64,000 nt of DNA from Methylophilaceae bacterium (GCA_016778465.1 JADHPM010000006.1:4209-68208); one strand, 5' to 3'. Counted from the first letter of the stretch, positions 18,425-30,057 are shown. Numbers and translations: made by a program. Notes: generated by a model not told the origin, from the letters alone.

Positions 18425-19147
18425 TTAAAAATTTTCATTTTGTCCCAATAAACGCCATTTACCCAAGGGTAGATTAGATAACTTCACATTGCCGATTCGT
18501 ACACGCTTCAAATTTATAACTTTTAGACCAACTTGCTCACACATTCTTCTTATTTGTCGATTTCTGCCTTCAATCAAAGTAAAGCTTAATTGTTCATCAT
18601 TTTGCCAAAAGACCTTCGCTTGTTTTAGCTTATATCCATCAAGAATTAGTCCATGATTTAGTAATTCCATACCACTTTCAGATAAATTACCCTCAACCCG
18701 AACTAAATACTCTTTCTCGATAACGATATTCTCGCCAATTATATTTCTGGCAATTATTCCATCTTGAGTTAGAACCAAGAGCCCGGTTGAATCAATATCA
18801 AGACGACCAGCTGGGGCCAAAGTATCAATATTAAATTTTTTAGGGTAATCATTTCCATGGAAATTTTCATACGTGACTAAACTTGATGCAGGCTTGAATT
18901 TTTTTTCGTCATCTAGATGGGAGATATAGCCAACGGGTTTATTCAAAATTATGGTAATTTTAGATGATTGTATTTTTTTAGCCTGTTGATTTAATTCAAC
19001 TTTTTGATCTCTTCTAGCGCGAGTGCCCAGTTCTTTAACCACTTTACCATCAACAGTAACCCATCCTGCCTCGATATATCGGTCTGCTTCTCTTCTGGAG
19101 CATAAGCCCTTCTCTGATAATAACTTTGAAATCCTAATTAATTCCAT
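18425..19147 (-). CDS. RsuA/RluB/E/F-family rRNA pseudouridine synthase
   Basis: S4 domain (RISKLLSEKGLCSRREA) and catalytic motif GRLDIDSTGLLVLT. Start moved to the ATG at 19147, giving a TAATG junction with the upstream gene. Confidence 0.88.
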   Translation of the reverse strand: MELIRISKLLSEKGLCSRREADRYIEAGWVTVDGKVVKELGTRARRDQKVELNQQAKKIQSSKITIILNKPVGYISHLDDEKKFKPASSLVTYENFHGNDYPKKFNIDTLAPAGRLDIDSTGLLVLTQDGIIARNIIGENIVIEKEYLVRVEGNLSESGMELLNHGLILDGYKLKQAKVFWQNDEQLSFTLIEGRNRQIRRMCEQVGLKVINLKRVRIGNVKLSNLPLGKWRLLGQNENF

Positions 19148-19800
19148 TATTGCGTAAGGGCTTTTACCAAATATGGGTCCAGGTCGGTTTGACTGACAAG
19201 CCATCTTTTATAATCTTGAGGAATTTCACTTATCGCAAGCCCTTTATGCTTTCCAAAGGGCATAATGACTGGTATTCGTGCTTTTTCACTCACCTGCCAT
19301 AAACTCTCAAGCGAATCTATATTTTGCTTTTCACAAATAGCTTTAAGAATAGCTGAGCAAATCTCAACATCCGTTGAAGCCGAATGAGCATTTTTCAAAA
19401 CATCACGAGCTTTATCACGCTCTAAAAAATAAAAAAGTGCACTTTGAGAATAAGCATCCAAGTCAGTCCAAGTTCTCCTAGCAAGAGCCAAAGTACAGAT
19501 ACGCTTAATATTGGGGTTACCAGCCACATTCCAATCATAATCAATATTATGTCCAATAATATATTCCACGCTTGATGGAATTGAAAACTCGCTATGTAAA
19601 GGGCAATCTTTAAGCTCTTCATCATAAATATGATGTGTGGCTAAAGCACCTAACTCAATAGGTTTTTCAGGGTTATATCTTTGGCAAAAACTCTCTCCCG
19701 TCTGGTATGGCAATATGCTCTTAAGTTCTAACCAGGCACCCTCAATAATGACTGGATTTTTGCGCCCTGTCGTTTCAGTATCAAAAATAATGGCTTTCAC
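19147..19800 (-). CDS. DEDDh 3'-5' exonuclease (ExoX-like) with DUF3820-like C-terminal tail
   Basis: 217 aa; FDTETTG (Exo I), HNIDYDW (Exo II), H..STDV (Exo III). C-terminal MPFGKHKG...IP..Y..WL tail. Confidence 0.75.
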   Translation of the reverse strand: MKAIIFDTETTGRKNPVIIEGAWLELKSILPYQTGESFCQRYNPEKPIELGALATHHIYDEELKDCPLHSEFSIPSSVEYIIGHNIDYDWNVAGNPNIKRICTLALARRTWTDLDAYSQSALFYFLERDKARDVLKNAHSASTDVEICSAILKAICEKQNIDSLESLWQVSEKARIPVIMPFGKHKGLAISEIPQDYKRWLVSQTDLDPYLVKALTQ

Positions 19801-19852
19801 TTAACCTCCTCTCATTTAAGAGCATAGCAGAATGAAAGAATTTTTATAGAAA

Positions 19853-22435
19853 TTAAATTTTTTCAAAAGTGAATTTGTTTTTATCGAAGTTCACCTGAAT
19901 ATTGTCCTTTCCAGAAAACTCTCCATTGAGAATTTTCTTTGCAAGTGGATTTTCAATCTCCGATTGTATTGCGCGTTTCAGAGGACGAGCTCCGTATACC
20001 ATATCAAAACCGGCTTGTGCAACTTGCTTGATAGCCTCTTCTGTAAATTCAATTTTCATTTCCATTGATAAAAGTCGATTGCGAAGGCGATCGAGCTGGA
20101 TATTTGCAATTGACTGGATATTTTTCTCAGCTAGCGCATGAAATACCACCACCTCATCAATACGATTAATAAACTCTGGCTTAAAGTAATTTTTAACCTC
20201 ACCCATCACTGCAAGTTTCAAAATTTGATAATCCTCATTTGCTTTATCTTGAATCATTTGAGAGGCTAAGTTTGAGGTCATAATAATCACTGTATTTTTA
20301 AAATCAACCGTTCTACCTTGGCCGTCTGTCAATCTTCCATCATCTAAAACTTGCAGTAAAATATTAAAGACATCTGGGTGTGCTTTTTCAACTTCGTCCA
20401 ATAAAATAACACTGTAAGGTTTTCTCCTAACTGCCTCAGTTAAATAGCCACCCTCATCATAGCCAATATATCCAGGAGGAGCTCCAATTAGACGAGATAC
20501 TGTGTGTTTTTCCATAAACTCACTCATATCAATTCGAATCAAATGATCCTCAGAGTCAAATAAAAACTCTGCCAATGCTTTACTTAATTCAGTTTTTCCA
20601 ACGCCTGTTGGCCCCAAGAACAGAAAGGAGCCGTAAGGCTTGTTAGGCTCGCTTAAACCTGAACGTGAGCGCCGAATAGCATCAGAAATGGTAGTTACAG
20701 CCTCATCTTGACCGACAACTCGATGATGAAGTTTACTCTCAATATTCATTAACTTATCTCTCTCACCCTGCATCATTTTAGCTACGGGTATTCCTGTGGA
20801 TCTACTAACCACCTCGGCAATTTCGTTTGTACCTACCTCCGTTATGAGCATACGGGGCTTTTCTTTTTTTCTTTTCTCATTTTTCGATGCCTCCTTAAGC
20901 TGGTCCTCTAATTTTGGTAACTCTCCATACTGTATTTCTGAAACCTTCTGCCAATCGCCCAAACGCTTGGCTTCTTCTATTTTAAATTTTAATTGCTCGA
21001 TTTTTTCTTTCAAATCTCGTGCACCGCTGAGGATTATTTTTTCTGATTTCCAAATCGACTCTAAGTCACTGAATTCTCTTTCATTAATTAATATCTCTTG
21101 TTCAATTGCGGCCATCCTTTTTTGTGATGCCTCATCTTTCTCTTTCCGCACTGCCTCTCTCTCAATTTTAAGTTGTATGAGTCTTCTCTCTAATTTATCC
21201 AATACTTCGGGCTTAGAATCGATCTCCATTTTCACTTTTGATGCTGCCTCATCGATTAAGTCAATAGCTTTATCAGGCAAGAATCTATCTGTGATGTAAC
21301 GGTGAGATAGTTCAGCTGCAGCCACAATTGCCGGATCAGTAATTTCAACATTATGGTGAATTTCGTATTTTTCTTGTAAACCTCTTAAAATGGCTATGGT
21401 GGCCTCAACTGAGGGCTCATCAACCAACACCTTTTGAAAACGACGCTCTAGTGCGGCATCTTTTTCAACATGCTGTCTATACTCATTTAAAGTTGTAGCG
21501 CCAACACAATGCAGCTCTCCTCTTGCGAGTGCGGGTTTTAACATGTTGCCAGCATCAATCGATCCCTCTGCTTTTCCAGCTCCAACCATAGTGTGGATTT
21601 CATCAATAAAAAGAATAATTTGACCATCATGTGCTGAAATTTCTTTTAACACCGCCTTTAATCTCTCCTCAAATTCACCCCTATATTTCGCTCCTGCTAG
21701 AAGAGCAGCCATATCTAATGAAAGCACTTTTTTATTTTTTAATGTTTCAGGAACTTCACCGTTGATGATACGTTGAGCTAAGCCCTCAACAATTGCAGTC
21801 TTTCCTACTCCAGGCTCACCAATTAAAACCGGGTTATTCTTGCTCCTTCTTTGTAAAACCTGAATTGTTCTTCTTATCTCATCATCACGACCAATCACGG
21901 GGTCAAGTTTTCCATGGCTCGCTCTTTCTGTTAAATCTATTGTGTATTTGTCTAGAGCTTGCCGTTGGCCATCGGCGTCTTGTGAGTCAACAGTTTGATG
22001 TTTTCTGACAGATAAAACAGCCCGCTCAATGAGGGATTTATCACAACCTGACTCACGAAGTAATTTGCCTCCAATATTCTTGTCGTCAATTAATGCTAAT
22101 AAAAACATCTCTGGAGCAATAAAACTATCATTGTGCTTAAGTGCATTCTTCTCGGTAATATTTAAGAGATTATTCAAGTCTCTTGAGATACTTATCTCAC
22201 CATTCTCATTTCTACCTTTTGGTAAATTTTCTATCTCAGCAGTAATTGTTTGTTTTAGTTTGTGTACGTTGGAGCCAGCGGCAGTCAAAATGGAAATTGT
22301 ATCGTCTTGCGCATCATTGATAAGCGCAAGTAGCAAATGAAATGACTCAATAGACGTATTATTGTTCACGTTAGCGAGTGTTTGCGCTTCCGCAAAAGCC
22401 TGTTGAAATTTTGTTGTTAATTTATCAAATCTCAT
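19853..22435 (-). CDS. clpB: ATP-dependent chaperone (disaggregase) ClpB
   Basis: 860 aa; two AAA+ modules (GEPGVGKT and GPTGVGKT) separated by a long coiled-coil middle domain. Confidence 0.97.
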   Translation of the reverse strand: MRFDKLTTKFQQAFAEAQTLANVNNNTSIESFHLLLALINDAQDDTISILTAAGSNVHKLKQTITAEIENLPKGRNENGEISISRDLNNLLNITEKNALKHNDSFIAPEMFLLALIDDKNIGGKLLRESGCDKSLIERAVLSVRKHQTVDSQDADGQRQALDKYTIDLTERASHGKLDPVIGRDDEIRRTIQVLQRRSKNNPVLIGEPGVGKTAIVEGLAQRIINGEVPETLKNKKVLSLDMAALLAGAKYRGEFEERLKAVLKEISAHDGQIILFIDEIHTMVGAGKAEGSIDAGNMLKPALARGELHCVGATTLNEYRQHVEKDAALERRFQKVLVDEPSVEATIAILRGLQEKYEIHHNVEITDPAIVAAAELSHRYITDRFLPDKAIDLIDEAASKVKMEIDSKPEVLDKLERRLIQLKIEREAVRKEKDEASQKRMAAIEQEILINEREFSDLESIWKSEKIILSGARDLKEKIEQLKFKIEEAKRLGDWQKVSEIQYGELPKLEDQLKEASKNEKRKKEKPRMLITEVGTNEIAEVVSRSTGIPVAKMMQGERDKLMNIESKLHHRVVGQDEAVTTISDAIRRSRSGLSEPNKPYGSFLFLGPTGVGKTELSKALAEFLFDSEDHLIRIDMSEFMEKHTVSRLIGAPPGYIGYDEGGYLTEAVRRKPYSVILLDEVEKAHPDVFNILLQVLDDGRLTDGQGRTVDFKNTVIIMTSNLASQMIQDKANEDYQILKLAVMGEVKNYFKPEFINRIDEVVVFHALAEKNIQSIANIQLDRLRNRLLSMEMKIEFTEEAIKQVAQAGFDMVYGARPLKRAIQSEIENPLAKKILNGEFSGKDNIQVNFDKNKFTFEKI

Positions 22436-22462
22436 TATTTACTCCTTCAAAAGTTAGTAAAT

Positions 22463-22490
22463 AAATGGGGATAATTTAAAATAAATCAAG
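22463..22490 (-). promoter_or_regulatory. Sigma-32 (heat-shock) promoter of clpB
   Basis: Minus strand reads CTTGATT-N13-CCCCATTT, against the consensus CTTGAAA-N13/14-CCCCATNT. The CCCCATTT element ends 27 nt upstream of the clpB ATG. Confidence 0.7.
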
Positions 22491-22550
22491 CTTATCTTGT
22501 TTAAAGCATTATTTTTGAGAGATATTGAATAACCTATAAGGAAAAATAAT

Positions 22551-22627
22551 TGGTCGGAGCGGTGAGATTCGAACTCACGACCCCTTGCACCCCATGCAAG
22601 TACGCTACCAGGCTGCGCTACGCCCCG
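22551..22627 (-). tRNA. tRNA-Pro (anticodon GGG)
   Basis: Hand-folded cloverleaf: acceptor CGGGGCG/CGCTCCG, anticodon stem CTTGC/GCAAG with loop ATGGGGT, T-arm GTGAG-TTCGAAT-CTCAC, encoded CCA. Confidence 0.9.
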
Positions 22628-22631
22628 AGTA

Positions 22632-23045
22632 TTATTTGAGAATTTTTAAAACATCATGCAACTGGCTTTTAAAATTTGATAAATTTTCAGTAGCCACAGA
22701 GAGTTGATTATCTGACTCCAAGGGGAGTTCAGCCTGGGCTTTTTGAATCGCCTCCTCTGAGGTTGCATCTTTAACAAATTTCCTATCAGTCAGCTTAGCT
22801 TTTGCTCCTTGTATTGTGAATCCTTCAAAATATAAGAGCTCCCTTATTTTTCGAATCAACAAAACTTCGGCTTGTTGATAATAGCGACGGTTACCTTTGC
22901 GTTTTGAGGGCTGTAACTGTGGAAACTCTTGCTCCCAATATCTGAGCACATGTGGCTTTAAATCACATAAAACGCTAACCTCACCAATTGCAAAATAGCG
23001 TTTAGTGGGGACAAGCGGTAAAACTTTTTTATGCTTGTTTTCCAG
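22632..23045 (-). CDS. MerR-family transcriptional regulator (start codon uncertain)
   Basis: The HTH ([27 protein letters not shown]) begins upstream of the track's GTG at 22949. The frame is open back to the TAG at 23058-23060. The only start-like codon ahead of the HTH is CTG at 23045. Confidence 0.6.
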   Translation of the reverse strand: MENKHKKVLPLVPTKRYFAIGEVSVLCDLKPHVLRYWEQEFPQLQPSKRKGNRRYYQQAEVLLIRKIRELLYFEGFTIQGAKAKLTDRKFVKDATSEEAIQKAQAELPLESDNQLSVATENLSNFKSQLHDVLKILK

Positions 23046-23331
23046 TTGTCTTCTCTTCTACACCAGTTTTTAATTTTTGACTTGAGTGAAAAGTGACAAC
23101 ACGACGCGCTTTGATTGGTATTTCTTCGCCAGTTTTCGGATTTCTTCCAGGACGTTCAGATTTAGTTCTCAATTCAAAATTACCAAATCCCGAGAGTTTT
23201 ACACTTTCGCCATTCTCCAACGCCAATCGAATCTCTTCAAAAAAGGCCTCAACCATTTCCTTGGCTTCGCTCTTATTAAGACCTACTTCATCAAATAAGA
23301 CCTCAGCAAGTTCTGCTTTTGTTAACGTCAT
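23029..23331 (-). CDS. ihfA: Integration host factor subunit alpha
   Basis: 100 aa; [10 protein letters not shown]..., GFGNFELR...[12 protein letters not shown]. Confidence 0.95.
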   Translation of the reverse strand: MTLTKAELAEVLFDEVGLNKSEAKEMVEAFFEEIRLALENGESVKLSGFGNFELRTKSERPGRNPKTGEEIPIKARRVVTFHSSQKLKTGVEEKTTGKQA

Positions 23332-23347
23332 AAGTATCTATCCAAAA

Positions 23348-25711
23348 TCAACGCAGTGTTGCACTAAATTTACTTTGAAGAATATTTAACACTTGATCAA
23401 CGATTTTATTCACATCGTTATCTTCAAGTGTTTTGTAAGTATCTTGCATAAGTATAAGAAATGCAATACTTTTTTTATTATTTTCTATACCTTTTCCCTC
23501 ATAGATATCAAAGGGGTAGAAGTCAACTAACCACTTAATAGCTTGCGATTTAACTTCGTCTGTAACACTGGCAACCGGGATATTTTTATCAATTAAAACA
23601 GAAATATCTCTTCTTATTGGCATAAGTTTGCTTGGTAATTCAATCGCATTGAATTCACTTTTATTTATAGAATTAATTTTTAATTCAAAGAGATATGCTT
23701 TATCATCTAGGCTATATTTTTGCTGCCAAGCTGGATGTAATTGACCTAGCCACCCAACATGGTTTCCCTCTCTAAAAATTTCGCCAGTTTGTCCAGGGTG
23801 AAGTGCGGTTGGTATACTAGATTTTGGTGAAAGAATATCTAATAAATTACATGAGATTAATTCTATATCTCCTTTAATATTATAGAAATTTATTGATTTT
23901 TTTTCTTCTGACCATTGCTCTGGATATTTACTACCGTAAGCTAATCCGGAAACCATTTGCTCCTCAACAATCTCATTATTATGCTTATGGTAAGTAGAGG
24001 CTATCTCAAAAATTCGTACCTGTGATTGATTACGATTAACATTATAAGTGAGGGTTTCTAAGTGACTTGCCCACAACTTTGATCGCATGGAATTCATTTG
24101 TGATGCAATAGGATTATTCAGCTCAATGATAGTTTTATTTTCATGTAATTTCTCTTCGCTTTCATTATCAATAAAACTATAAGTTACAACTTCGTTGTAA
24201 CCAAGGTTTGAGAAATGTAACTTTATTTCATCAAGGTTTTTATTAATAGCTGAGGTTTTGGTTATGGATGATGTTGACTGCGGAGTAATTGCAGGAATAT
24301 TGTTGTAGCCGAACAAGCGAATAACTTCCTCAATTAAGTCAGCCTCTATATTCAAATCAAATCGATATGACGGTGCGGTTACTTCAAAATGATCTTCCTT
24401 TTTTGAGAAACTTAGGTTAAGTCGCTTAAGAATATCCTCAACCTCCAACTCTTTTATATCAATACCTAAGATTTTATTAATCTTTGTTAATCTTAATTTA
24501 ATTAAATGACGTGTCGGCAATTTATCAACAAGGTCTATGGCATCAGAATGCTCGCCACCACAAAACTCTTCAATTAGATTAACTGCTCGGTATATCGCTC
24601 TAAGGGTATTGTTGTAATCAACGCCGCGCTCAAAACGGTGAGATGAATCAGTATTCAAAGCAAAGGAACGTGCTCGTCCAGCTATTTCTTCTGGTTGGAA
24701 GAATGCGCTTTCTAAAAAAACTTCACTAGTTTCTGGGGTAATTGATGATTCAATTCCGCCAATAATACCCGCCAAAGCAAGTGGGCTATCATTATCAGCT
24801 ATTAACAATTCTGGGCCCATGAAATCAATTTTTTGCTCATTTAAAAGCATTAAAGACTCACCTTTTTTTGCTCGACGGACATAAATATCTCCATTGATTT
24901 TTTTTTGGTCAAAAGCATGCAAAGGCTGGCCTTGCTCAAGCATAACAAAATTTGTAATATCAACCACAGGATTGATTGAACCAATCCCTCCTCTTTCAAG
25001 GTATGAAATCATCCATTGAGGAAGCTTTCCAGTGTTGTTAATATTTTTAATCTGAATTCCACAGTACCTCGGGCAAGCATTTTTTTCCTCTATCAGTACT
25101 TTTTGTGAGTTATTAAATTTATGAGATGTTTCAGGAACAGTCATATTGTTTACATTTAATTTTGTTTGGGCTGAAATTTCTCTAGCAATACCCAACATGC
25201 TTAGACAATCACCTCGATTTGGTGTTATTGAGAGCGTATAAACTTTATCTGTAAGAGATAAGGCCTCTTTAATCGTCAAACCAACCTCAAGATTTTGACT
25301 TAACTCATAGAGACCGTCATTCTCGTCAGACTGCAACCCTATTTCTCTTGCTGAGCAAAGCATGCCAAAAGAATCAACCCCTCTTAATTTAGCTTTTTTT
25401 ATCTCAAATTCTGGAAGTTTTGCACCTACTAAAGCGCATGGTATCTTGATCCCTTTTCTGGCATTTGGGGCCCCACAGACTATTTGCAAAGAATTCTTCT
25501 GGCCAATATTTACTTCGCATATATTTAACTTGTCTGCATTCGGGTGTTTTTCAATGCCGACAATTTCTCCAACTATAATTTGATCAGAAAGTGTGTCTAG
25601 GTTTAAAACCTCATCTACCTCTAACCCAGCCATCGTTAATAAGTAACTTAAATCATAATCATCTAACGATTTAGCAAAGAAAGTTTGTAGCCATGTTTTT
25701 GAAAATTGCAT
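23348..25711 (-). CDS. pheT: Phenylalanine--tRNA ligase beta subunit
   Basis: 787 aa, follows pheS. tRNA-binding, B3/4 and B5 domain order is recognisable. Confidence 0.95.
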   Translation of the reverse strand: MQFSKTWLQTFFAKSLDDYDLSYLLTMAGLEVDEVLNLDTLSDQIIVGEIVGIEKHPNADKLNICEVNIGQKNSLQIVCGAPNARKGIKIPCALVGAKLPEFEIKKAKLRGVDSFGMLCSAREIGLQSDENDGLYELSQNLEVGLTIKEALSLTDKVYTLSITPNRGDCLSMLGIAREISAQTKLNVNNMTVPETSHKFNNSQKVLIEEKNACPRYCGIQIKNINNTGKLPQWMISYLERGGIGSINPVVDITNFVMLEQGQPLHAFDQKKINGDIYVRRAKKGESLMLLNEQKIDFMGPELLIADNDSPLALAGIIGGIESSITPETSEVFLESAFFQPEEIAGRARSFALNTDSSHRFERGVDYNNTLRAIYRAVNLIEEFCGGEHSDAIDLVDKLPTRHLIKLRLTKINKILGIDIKELEVEDILKRLNLSFSKKEDHFEVTAPSYRFDLNIEADLIEEVIRLFGYNNIPAITPQSTSSITKTSAINKNLDEIKLHFSNLGYNEVVTYSFIDNESEEKLHENKTIIELNNPIASQMNSMRSKLWASHLETLTYNVNRNQSQVRIFEIASTYHKHNNEIVEEQMVSGLAYGSKYPEQWSEEKKSINFYNIKGDIELISCNLLDILSPKSSIPTALHPGQTGEIFREGNHVGWLGQLHPAWQQKYSLDDKAYLFELKINSINKSEFNAIELPSKLMPIRRDISVLIDKNIPVASVTDEVKSQAIKWLVDFYPFDIYEGKGIENNKKSIAFLILMQDTYKTLEDNDVNKIVDQVLNILQSKFSATLR

Positions 25712-25714
25712 TCT

Positions 25715-26698
25715 CTACCTTATAAATTGCTTTAGAAAACGTAAATCATTATTAAAAAATGGACGTAAGTCGTTAATACCAAAGCGTAGCATGGCCAATC
25801 TTTCAACCCCTAAGCCAAATGCAAATCCTTGAAATTTATCATAATTGATGTCTACCTGCTTTAGAACTTCAGGGTGCACCATACCGCATCCACCTATTTC
25901 TAACCAACCACCATTCCAACTCATATCAATCTCAGCAGATGGTTCGGTAAAAGGAAAAAATGATGGGCGAAATCGAATTGTTAAATTATCATCCTCAAAA
26001 AAAGATTGAAGAAAATCCTGTAATAGCCCCTTAAGATTGGCGAAACTTGCTTTTTCGTCAATCCACAAACCCTCTACCTGATGAAACATTGGGGAATGAG
26101 TTGCATCGGAATCAACACGATAAACGCGTCCAGGTGAGATTATTTTCAATGGCGGTTGATTTGTTTTCATATATCTAACTTGCACTGGTGAGGTATGCGT
26201 TCTAAGAACATGATGGCCGATATAAAAAGTATCGTGCATTGCTCTTGCCGGGTGGGACTCTGGAATATTTAAAGCAGTAAAATTATGATAATCGTCCTCA
26301 ATTTCTGGACCAGTCGCAATATCAAACCCAATTGATCGAAATAATGTTTCGACTCTTTGTAAAGTTATTGAAATTGGATGCAGGGAACCAGTTGATTGTT
26401 TTGTTCCAGGCAATGTAACGTCAATAAGTTCACTTTTAAGCTGAGACTCCATTGCTTCTGATTGAATCTCATCTTTTCTGACTGCTAACAAGGCCTCGAT
26501 TGCTTGCTTGATGCTGTTAATTTCAGCGCCTACTTTTGGTTTTTCTTCTTTTGGAATTGAGGAGAGTTGACGCATTGCATCAGTTATGGCTCCTGATTTA
26601 CCAATAAATTTTGCTTTGGCATGATCAAGATCGGAGAGGGATTTGCATAAAGAAAAATCACTCTGCGCCTGATTAATAAGGTCCTTTAGATGATCCAT
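25715..26698 (-). CDS. pheS: Phenylalanine--tRNA ligase alpha subunit
   Basis: 327 aa; class II aaRS motifs ([25 protein letters not shown]). Confidence 0.96.
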   Translation of the reverse strand: MDHLKDLINQAQSDFSLCKSLSDLDHAKAKFIGKSGAITDAMRQLSSIPKEEKPKVGAEINSIKQAIEALLAVRKDEIQSEAMESQLKSELIDVTLPGTKQSTGSLHPISITLQRVETLFRSIGFDIATGPEIEDDYHNFTALNIPESHPARAMHDTFYIGHHVLRTHTSPVQVRYMKTNQPPLKIISPGRVYRVDSDATHSPMFHQVEGLWIDEKASFANLKGLLQDFLQSFFEDDNLTIRFRPSFFPFTEPSAEIDMSWNGGWLEIGGCGMVHPEVLKQVDINYDKFQGFAFGLGVERLAMLRFGINDLRPFFNNDLRFLKQFIR

Positions 26699-26735
26699 AT
26701 TTTTAAATAAGTGGCCTAAGCCACTTATCTATTAT

Positions 26736-27098
26736 CTAAGCCGTTGCCAAATTTGATTTAGCAATTTCAACAAACTTTTCAAAAGCGGGTTTATCGAAAA
26801 CAGCCAAATCAGCTAGTACTTTTCTGTCAACTTCTACAGAGGCTCTTTTTAAGCCATTCATAAATCTACTGTAAGTTAAGCCACACTCTCTTGCGCCAGC
26901 ATTAATACGTGCTATCCATAGCACTCTGAATTGGCGCTTTCTTTGCCTGCGATCACGGTAAGCATAAACAGCAGCTTTCATAACAGCTTGTTTTGCTACA
27001 CGATAAACATTTTTTCTGCGGCCTCTGAATCCTTTAGCAGCGGTTAGAACTTTTTTATGTTTGGCTCTTGCGGTGACTCCGCGTTTAACTCTTGACAT
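26736..27098 (-). CDS. rplT: 50S ribosomal protein L20
   Basis: 120 aa, starts [16 protein letters not shown]. Confidence 0.97.
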   Translation of the reverse strand: MSRVKRGVTARAKHKKVLTAAKGFRGRRKNVYRVAKQAVMKAAVYAYRDRRQRKRQFRVLWIARINAGARECGLTYSRFMNGLKRASVEVDRKVLADLAVFDKPAFEKFVEIAKSNLATA

Positions 27099-27110
27099 CT
27101 TCTATCTCCC

Positions 27111-27308
27111 CTATTGTGTTGGCATCATCTGACGAACGCGCTTGATGTCAGTTGATGAAATAATTTCTGTACCTCGAAGATTACGCTTTTGTTTCGTTGT
27201 CTTTTTGGTAAGGATATGACGAAGATGCGAATGCGTTCTTTTGACCGCTCCGCTACCTAAGAATTTGAAGCGTTTTTTTGCTCCACTTTTGGTTTTCATT
27301 TTGGGCAT
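27111..27308 (-). CDS. rpmI: 50S ribosomal protein L35
   Basis: 65 aa, starts [15 protein letters not shown]. Confidence 0.96.
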   Translation of the reverse strand: MPKMKTKSGAKKRFKFLGSGAVKRTHSHLRHILTKKTTKQKRNLRGTEIISSTDIKRVRQMMPTQ

Positions 27309-27373
27309 TTTTTTCTCCTTATTATTAAAAGCGCATCGGCATGCCTTAAGCCTTATCGCTAATTTAAAACCTC

Positions 27374-27958
27374 TTAAGTCTCAGTATTTTCTGCGTTATC
27401 AATCAACACCTCTTCCACAGCTTTAACTTTAGCCTTTTTGGGATTTTTGTTAGGTGATAAAACCATTACCATTTGCCTACCTTCCATTTTTGGAAATTGT
27501 TCTACCACACCATACTCTTCTAAATCTGCCTCAACTCTTTTCAAAAGGGCCATACCCAATTGTTGATGAGCAATCTCTCTGCCCCTAAACCTTAGGGTTA
27601 CTTTTGTCTTGTCACCGTCAGTTAAAAAACTGACTAAATTTCTTAATTTAACCTTGTAATCACCATCATCCGTACCCGGTCGAAACTTTACTTCTTTCAC
27701 TTTGACATTTTTTTGCTTCATCCGCGCTTCATGCATCTTCTTGCTTTGCGCATATTTAAACTTGCCATAATCCATTAAACGACAAACCGGAGGGACTGCT
27801 TTTGGTGCAATTTCTACTAAATCAGTTTCTAGCTCTTCAGCTTTAGCAAATGCTTCGGTTAGAGATACTATTCCTAGCGCCTCGCCATCTATGCCAACCA
27901 ATCGGATCTCAGGAGTGGTTATGTCATTGTTGATCCTAACGTCTTTATCTAGAGCTAT
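27374..27958 (-). CDS. infC: Translation initiation factor IF-3 (non-AUG ATA start)
   Basis: The IF-3 N-terminus ([26 protein letters not shown]) lies upstream of the first ATG. The frame is closed by TAA at 27983-27985. ATA at 27958 follows AGGA by 8 nt. Confidence 0.85.
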   Translation of the reverse strand: MALDKDVRINNDITTPEIRLVGIDGEALGIVSLTEAFAKAEELETDLVEIAPKAVPPVCRLMDYGKFKYAQSKKMHEARMKQKNVKVKEVKFRPGTDDGDYKVKLRNLVSFLTDGDKTKVTLRFRGREIAHQQLGMALLKRVEADLEEYGVVEQFPKMEGRQMVMVLSPNKNPKKAKVKAVEEVLIDNAENTET

Positions 27959-28003
27959 AGTATTTATCCTCTTTAAAAATAATTAAACCGTGCAACTTTA
28001 TGG

Positions 28004-29911
28004 TTATGACTTGTTTTCAATCTCTTTTGATAACTTTGTCAAAAAACTATCAAGAGACATTGCTCCAAGGTCTTCGCCTTTTTGAGTTCGCACGGCAACT
28101 TGTCTTGCAGACATTTCACGATCCCCCAAAACAACAATGTAGGGAGTACGCTGAATGCTATGTTCGCGTATTTTATAGGTAATCTTCTCATTTCTCAAGT
28201 CTGAGTCGCATCTAATCCCTTTTTTTCTAAATAAATCAACTAGTTCAAGTGTGTATTCCTTGTGTGAATCTGAAATATTAATGAAAACAACCTGAACGGG
28301 AGCTAACCATAACGGCATGGATCCGCCGTAATGCTCAATTAAGATGCCAATAAATCTTTCCATTGAACCAACAATTGCTCGATGAAGCATGACTGGAACC
28401 TTGCGTGAGTTATCTTCGGCCACATATTCAGCAGCAAGCCGTGTTGGTAAATTAAAATCCAGCTGTATAGTGCCGCATTGCCAAATTCGCCCAAGACTAT
28501 CTTTAAGTATGTATTCAATTTTAGGGCCATAAAAAGCTCCCTCACCCTCTTGAAGGGTGTAGTCAAGGCCTGTTTCCTTCAAAGCTAGCTCAAGTGAATT
28601 TTCAGCTTTATCCCAAACCTCGTCTGAACCAACTCTTTTTTCTGGTCTTGTAGACAACATAATACTGACATCAGAGAAACCAAATGCTTTATACACCCTA
28701 AAAAGCATTTCATTAAATACTTTAACTTCCTCTTTAATTTGATCTTCTGTACAAAAAATGTGTGCATCATCCTGTGTAAAGCCTCTCACCCTCATTAACC
28801 CATGCAAGGCACCAGAAGGCTCGTTACGATGGCATGAGCCAAACTCTGCCAATCTTAGTGGTAATTCTCGATAGCTGTGCAAAGTATTGTTGAAAATTTG
28901 AACATGTCCAGGGCAGTTCATTGGCTTTACTGCATAATCTCTATTTTCCGATGAAGTTGTAAACATATTTTCATGGTAATTTTCCCAATGGCCCGAGCTT
29001 TCCCATAAGCTTTTATCGAGCACAGCTGGGGTTTTTATTTCTTGGTAGTCGTATGCCTGGAACATTTTTCTTAAAAAATTTTCAATTTCCAACCAAATAG
29101 ACCACCCTTTGGGATGCCAAAATACCATCCCTGGCGATGTATCTTGCATATGGAATAAATTAAGTTGTTTTCCAAGTTTGCGATGATCTCTTTTTTCAGC
29201 CTCTTCAATTTGCTGTAAATATTCGTTTAATTCATCTTTTGAGGACCATGCTGTTCCATAAACACGTTGCAGCATTTCATTTTTTGAGTCTCCACGCCAA
29301 TAAGCCCCTGCAACTTTCATTAACCTAAAGACCTTTAATTTTCCTGTGGACGGTACGTGTGGGCCACGACACAAATCAGAAAAGTTTCCTTGTGAATATA
29401 TGGTCAAGTCCTCATTATCAGGAATTGATGTAATTATCTCGGCTTTATAATTCTCATCCATTTTCTTAAAAAAGGTTATGGCTTTAGATCTTGTCATGAC
29501 CTGCCTTGAAACTGTGAGGTTTTCTCTGGCAATTTCTGTCATTTTCTTTTCAATCGCAGCTAAATCCTCTGGTGTGAATGCGCGCTTATAGGAGAAATCA
29601 TAATAAAAACCATTATCAATAACTGGTCCAATAGTTACTTGAGCATCTGGGAACAACTCCTTGACAGCGTGTGCTAATAAATGTGCCGTTGAATGCCTTA
29701 TGATCTGAAGGCCTTCTGGAGTTTTTGGAGTAATGATGGATAAATTTACATCTTGATCAATAACATAACTTAAATCAACCAGATTATCTTCAACTTTTCC
29801 AGCAACTGCTGCACGCGCTAGACCTTCACCAATATCTTGCGCAATATCAGCAACAGATATAGCTTCTTTGTATGATCTCTCTGATCCATCAGGTAATGTA
29901 ATTTTTGGCAT
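28004..29911 (-). CDS. thrS: Threonine--tRNA ligase
   Basis: 635 aa from [10 protein letters not shown] (TGS domain). The track's 21-codon N-terminal extension runs into tRNA-Val, so I discarded it. Confidence 0.96.
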   Translation of the reverse strand: MPKITLPDGSERSYKEAISVADIAQDIGEGLARAAVAGKVEDNLVDLSYVIDQDVNLSIITPKTPEGLQIIRHSTAHLLAHAVKELFPDAQVTIGPVIDNGFYYDFSYKRAFTPEDLAAIEKKMTEIARENLTVSRQVMTRSKAITFFKKMDENYKAEIITSIPDNEDLTIYSQGNFSDLCRGPHVPSTGKLKVFRLMKVAGAYWRGDSKNEMLQRVYGTAWSSKDELNEYLQQIEEAEKRDHRKLGKQLNLFHMQDTSPGMVFWHPKGWSIWLEIENFLRKMFQAYDYQEIKTPAVLDKSLWESSGHWENYHENMFTTSSENRDYAVKPMNCPGHVQIFNNTLHSYRELPLRLAEFGSCHRNEPSGALHGLMRVRGFTQDDAHIFCTEDQIKEEVKVFNEMLFRVYKAFGFSDVSIMLSTRPEKRVGSDEVWDKAENSLELALKETGLDYTLQEGEGAFYGPKIEYILKDSLGRIWQCGTIQLDFNLPTRLAAEYVAEDNSRKVPVMLHRAIVGSMERFIGILIEHYGGSMPLWLAPVQVVFINISDSHKEYTLELVDLFRKKGIRCDSDLRNEKITYKIREHSIQRTPYIVVLGDREMSARQVAVRTQKGEDLGAMSLDSFLTKLSKEIENKS

Positions 29912-29929
29912 ATTTTTTGTTTTTTTAAT

Positions 29930-30005
29930 TGGTAGGCGCGATTGGACTCGAACCAACGACCCCCACCATGTCAAGGTGGTGCTCTAACCAGCTGAGCTAC
30001 GCGCC
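29930..30005 (-). tRNA. tRNA-Val (anticodon GAC)
   Basis: GGCGCGTAGCTCAGCTGGTTAGAGCACCACCTTGACATGGTGGGGGTCGTTGGTTCGAGTCCAATCGCGCCTACCA. Anticodon arm CCACC-TTGACAT-GGTGG. Confidence 0.93.
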
Positions 30006-30057
30006 TAAATCTCTACCAACGCGGCATTTTATAACAGCCATGCCCATCAATCAAACT

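Noticed and set aside
20796-21299. 167-aa plus-strand ORF inside clpB (and similar ORFs at 19902-20141, 21793-22008 and 22029-22340)
   Set aside because: It is antisense to the ClpB coiled-coil region. The Ser/Phe/Ile-rich low-complexity translation is what the reverse frame of Glu/Lys/Leu-rich coding sequence produces.
29912-29974. 21-codon N-terminal extension of thrS ([21 protein letters not shown])
   Set aside because: The extension is the reverse-strand reading of tRNA-Val (29930-30005). The conserved ThrRS N-terminus starts at MPKITLPDG (29911).
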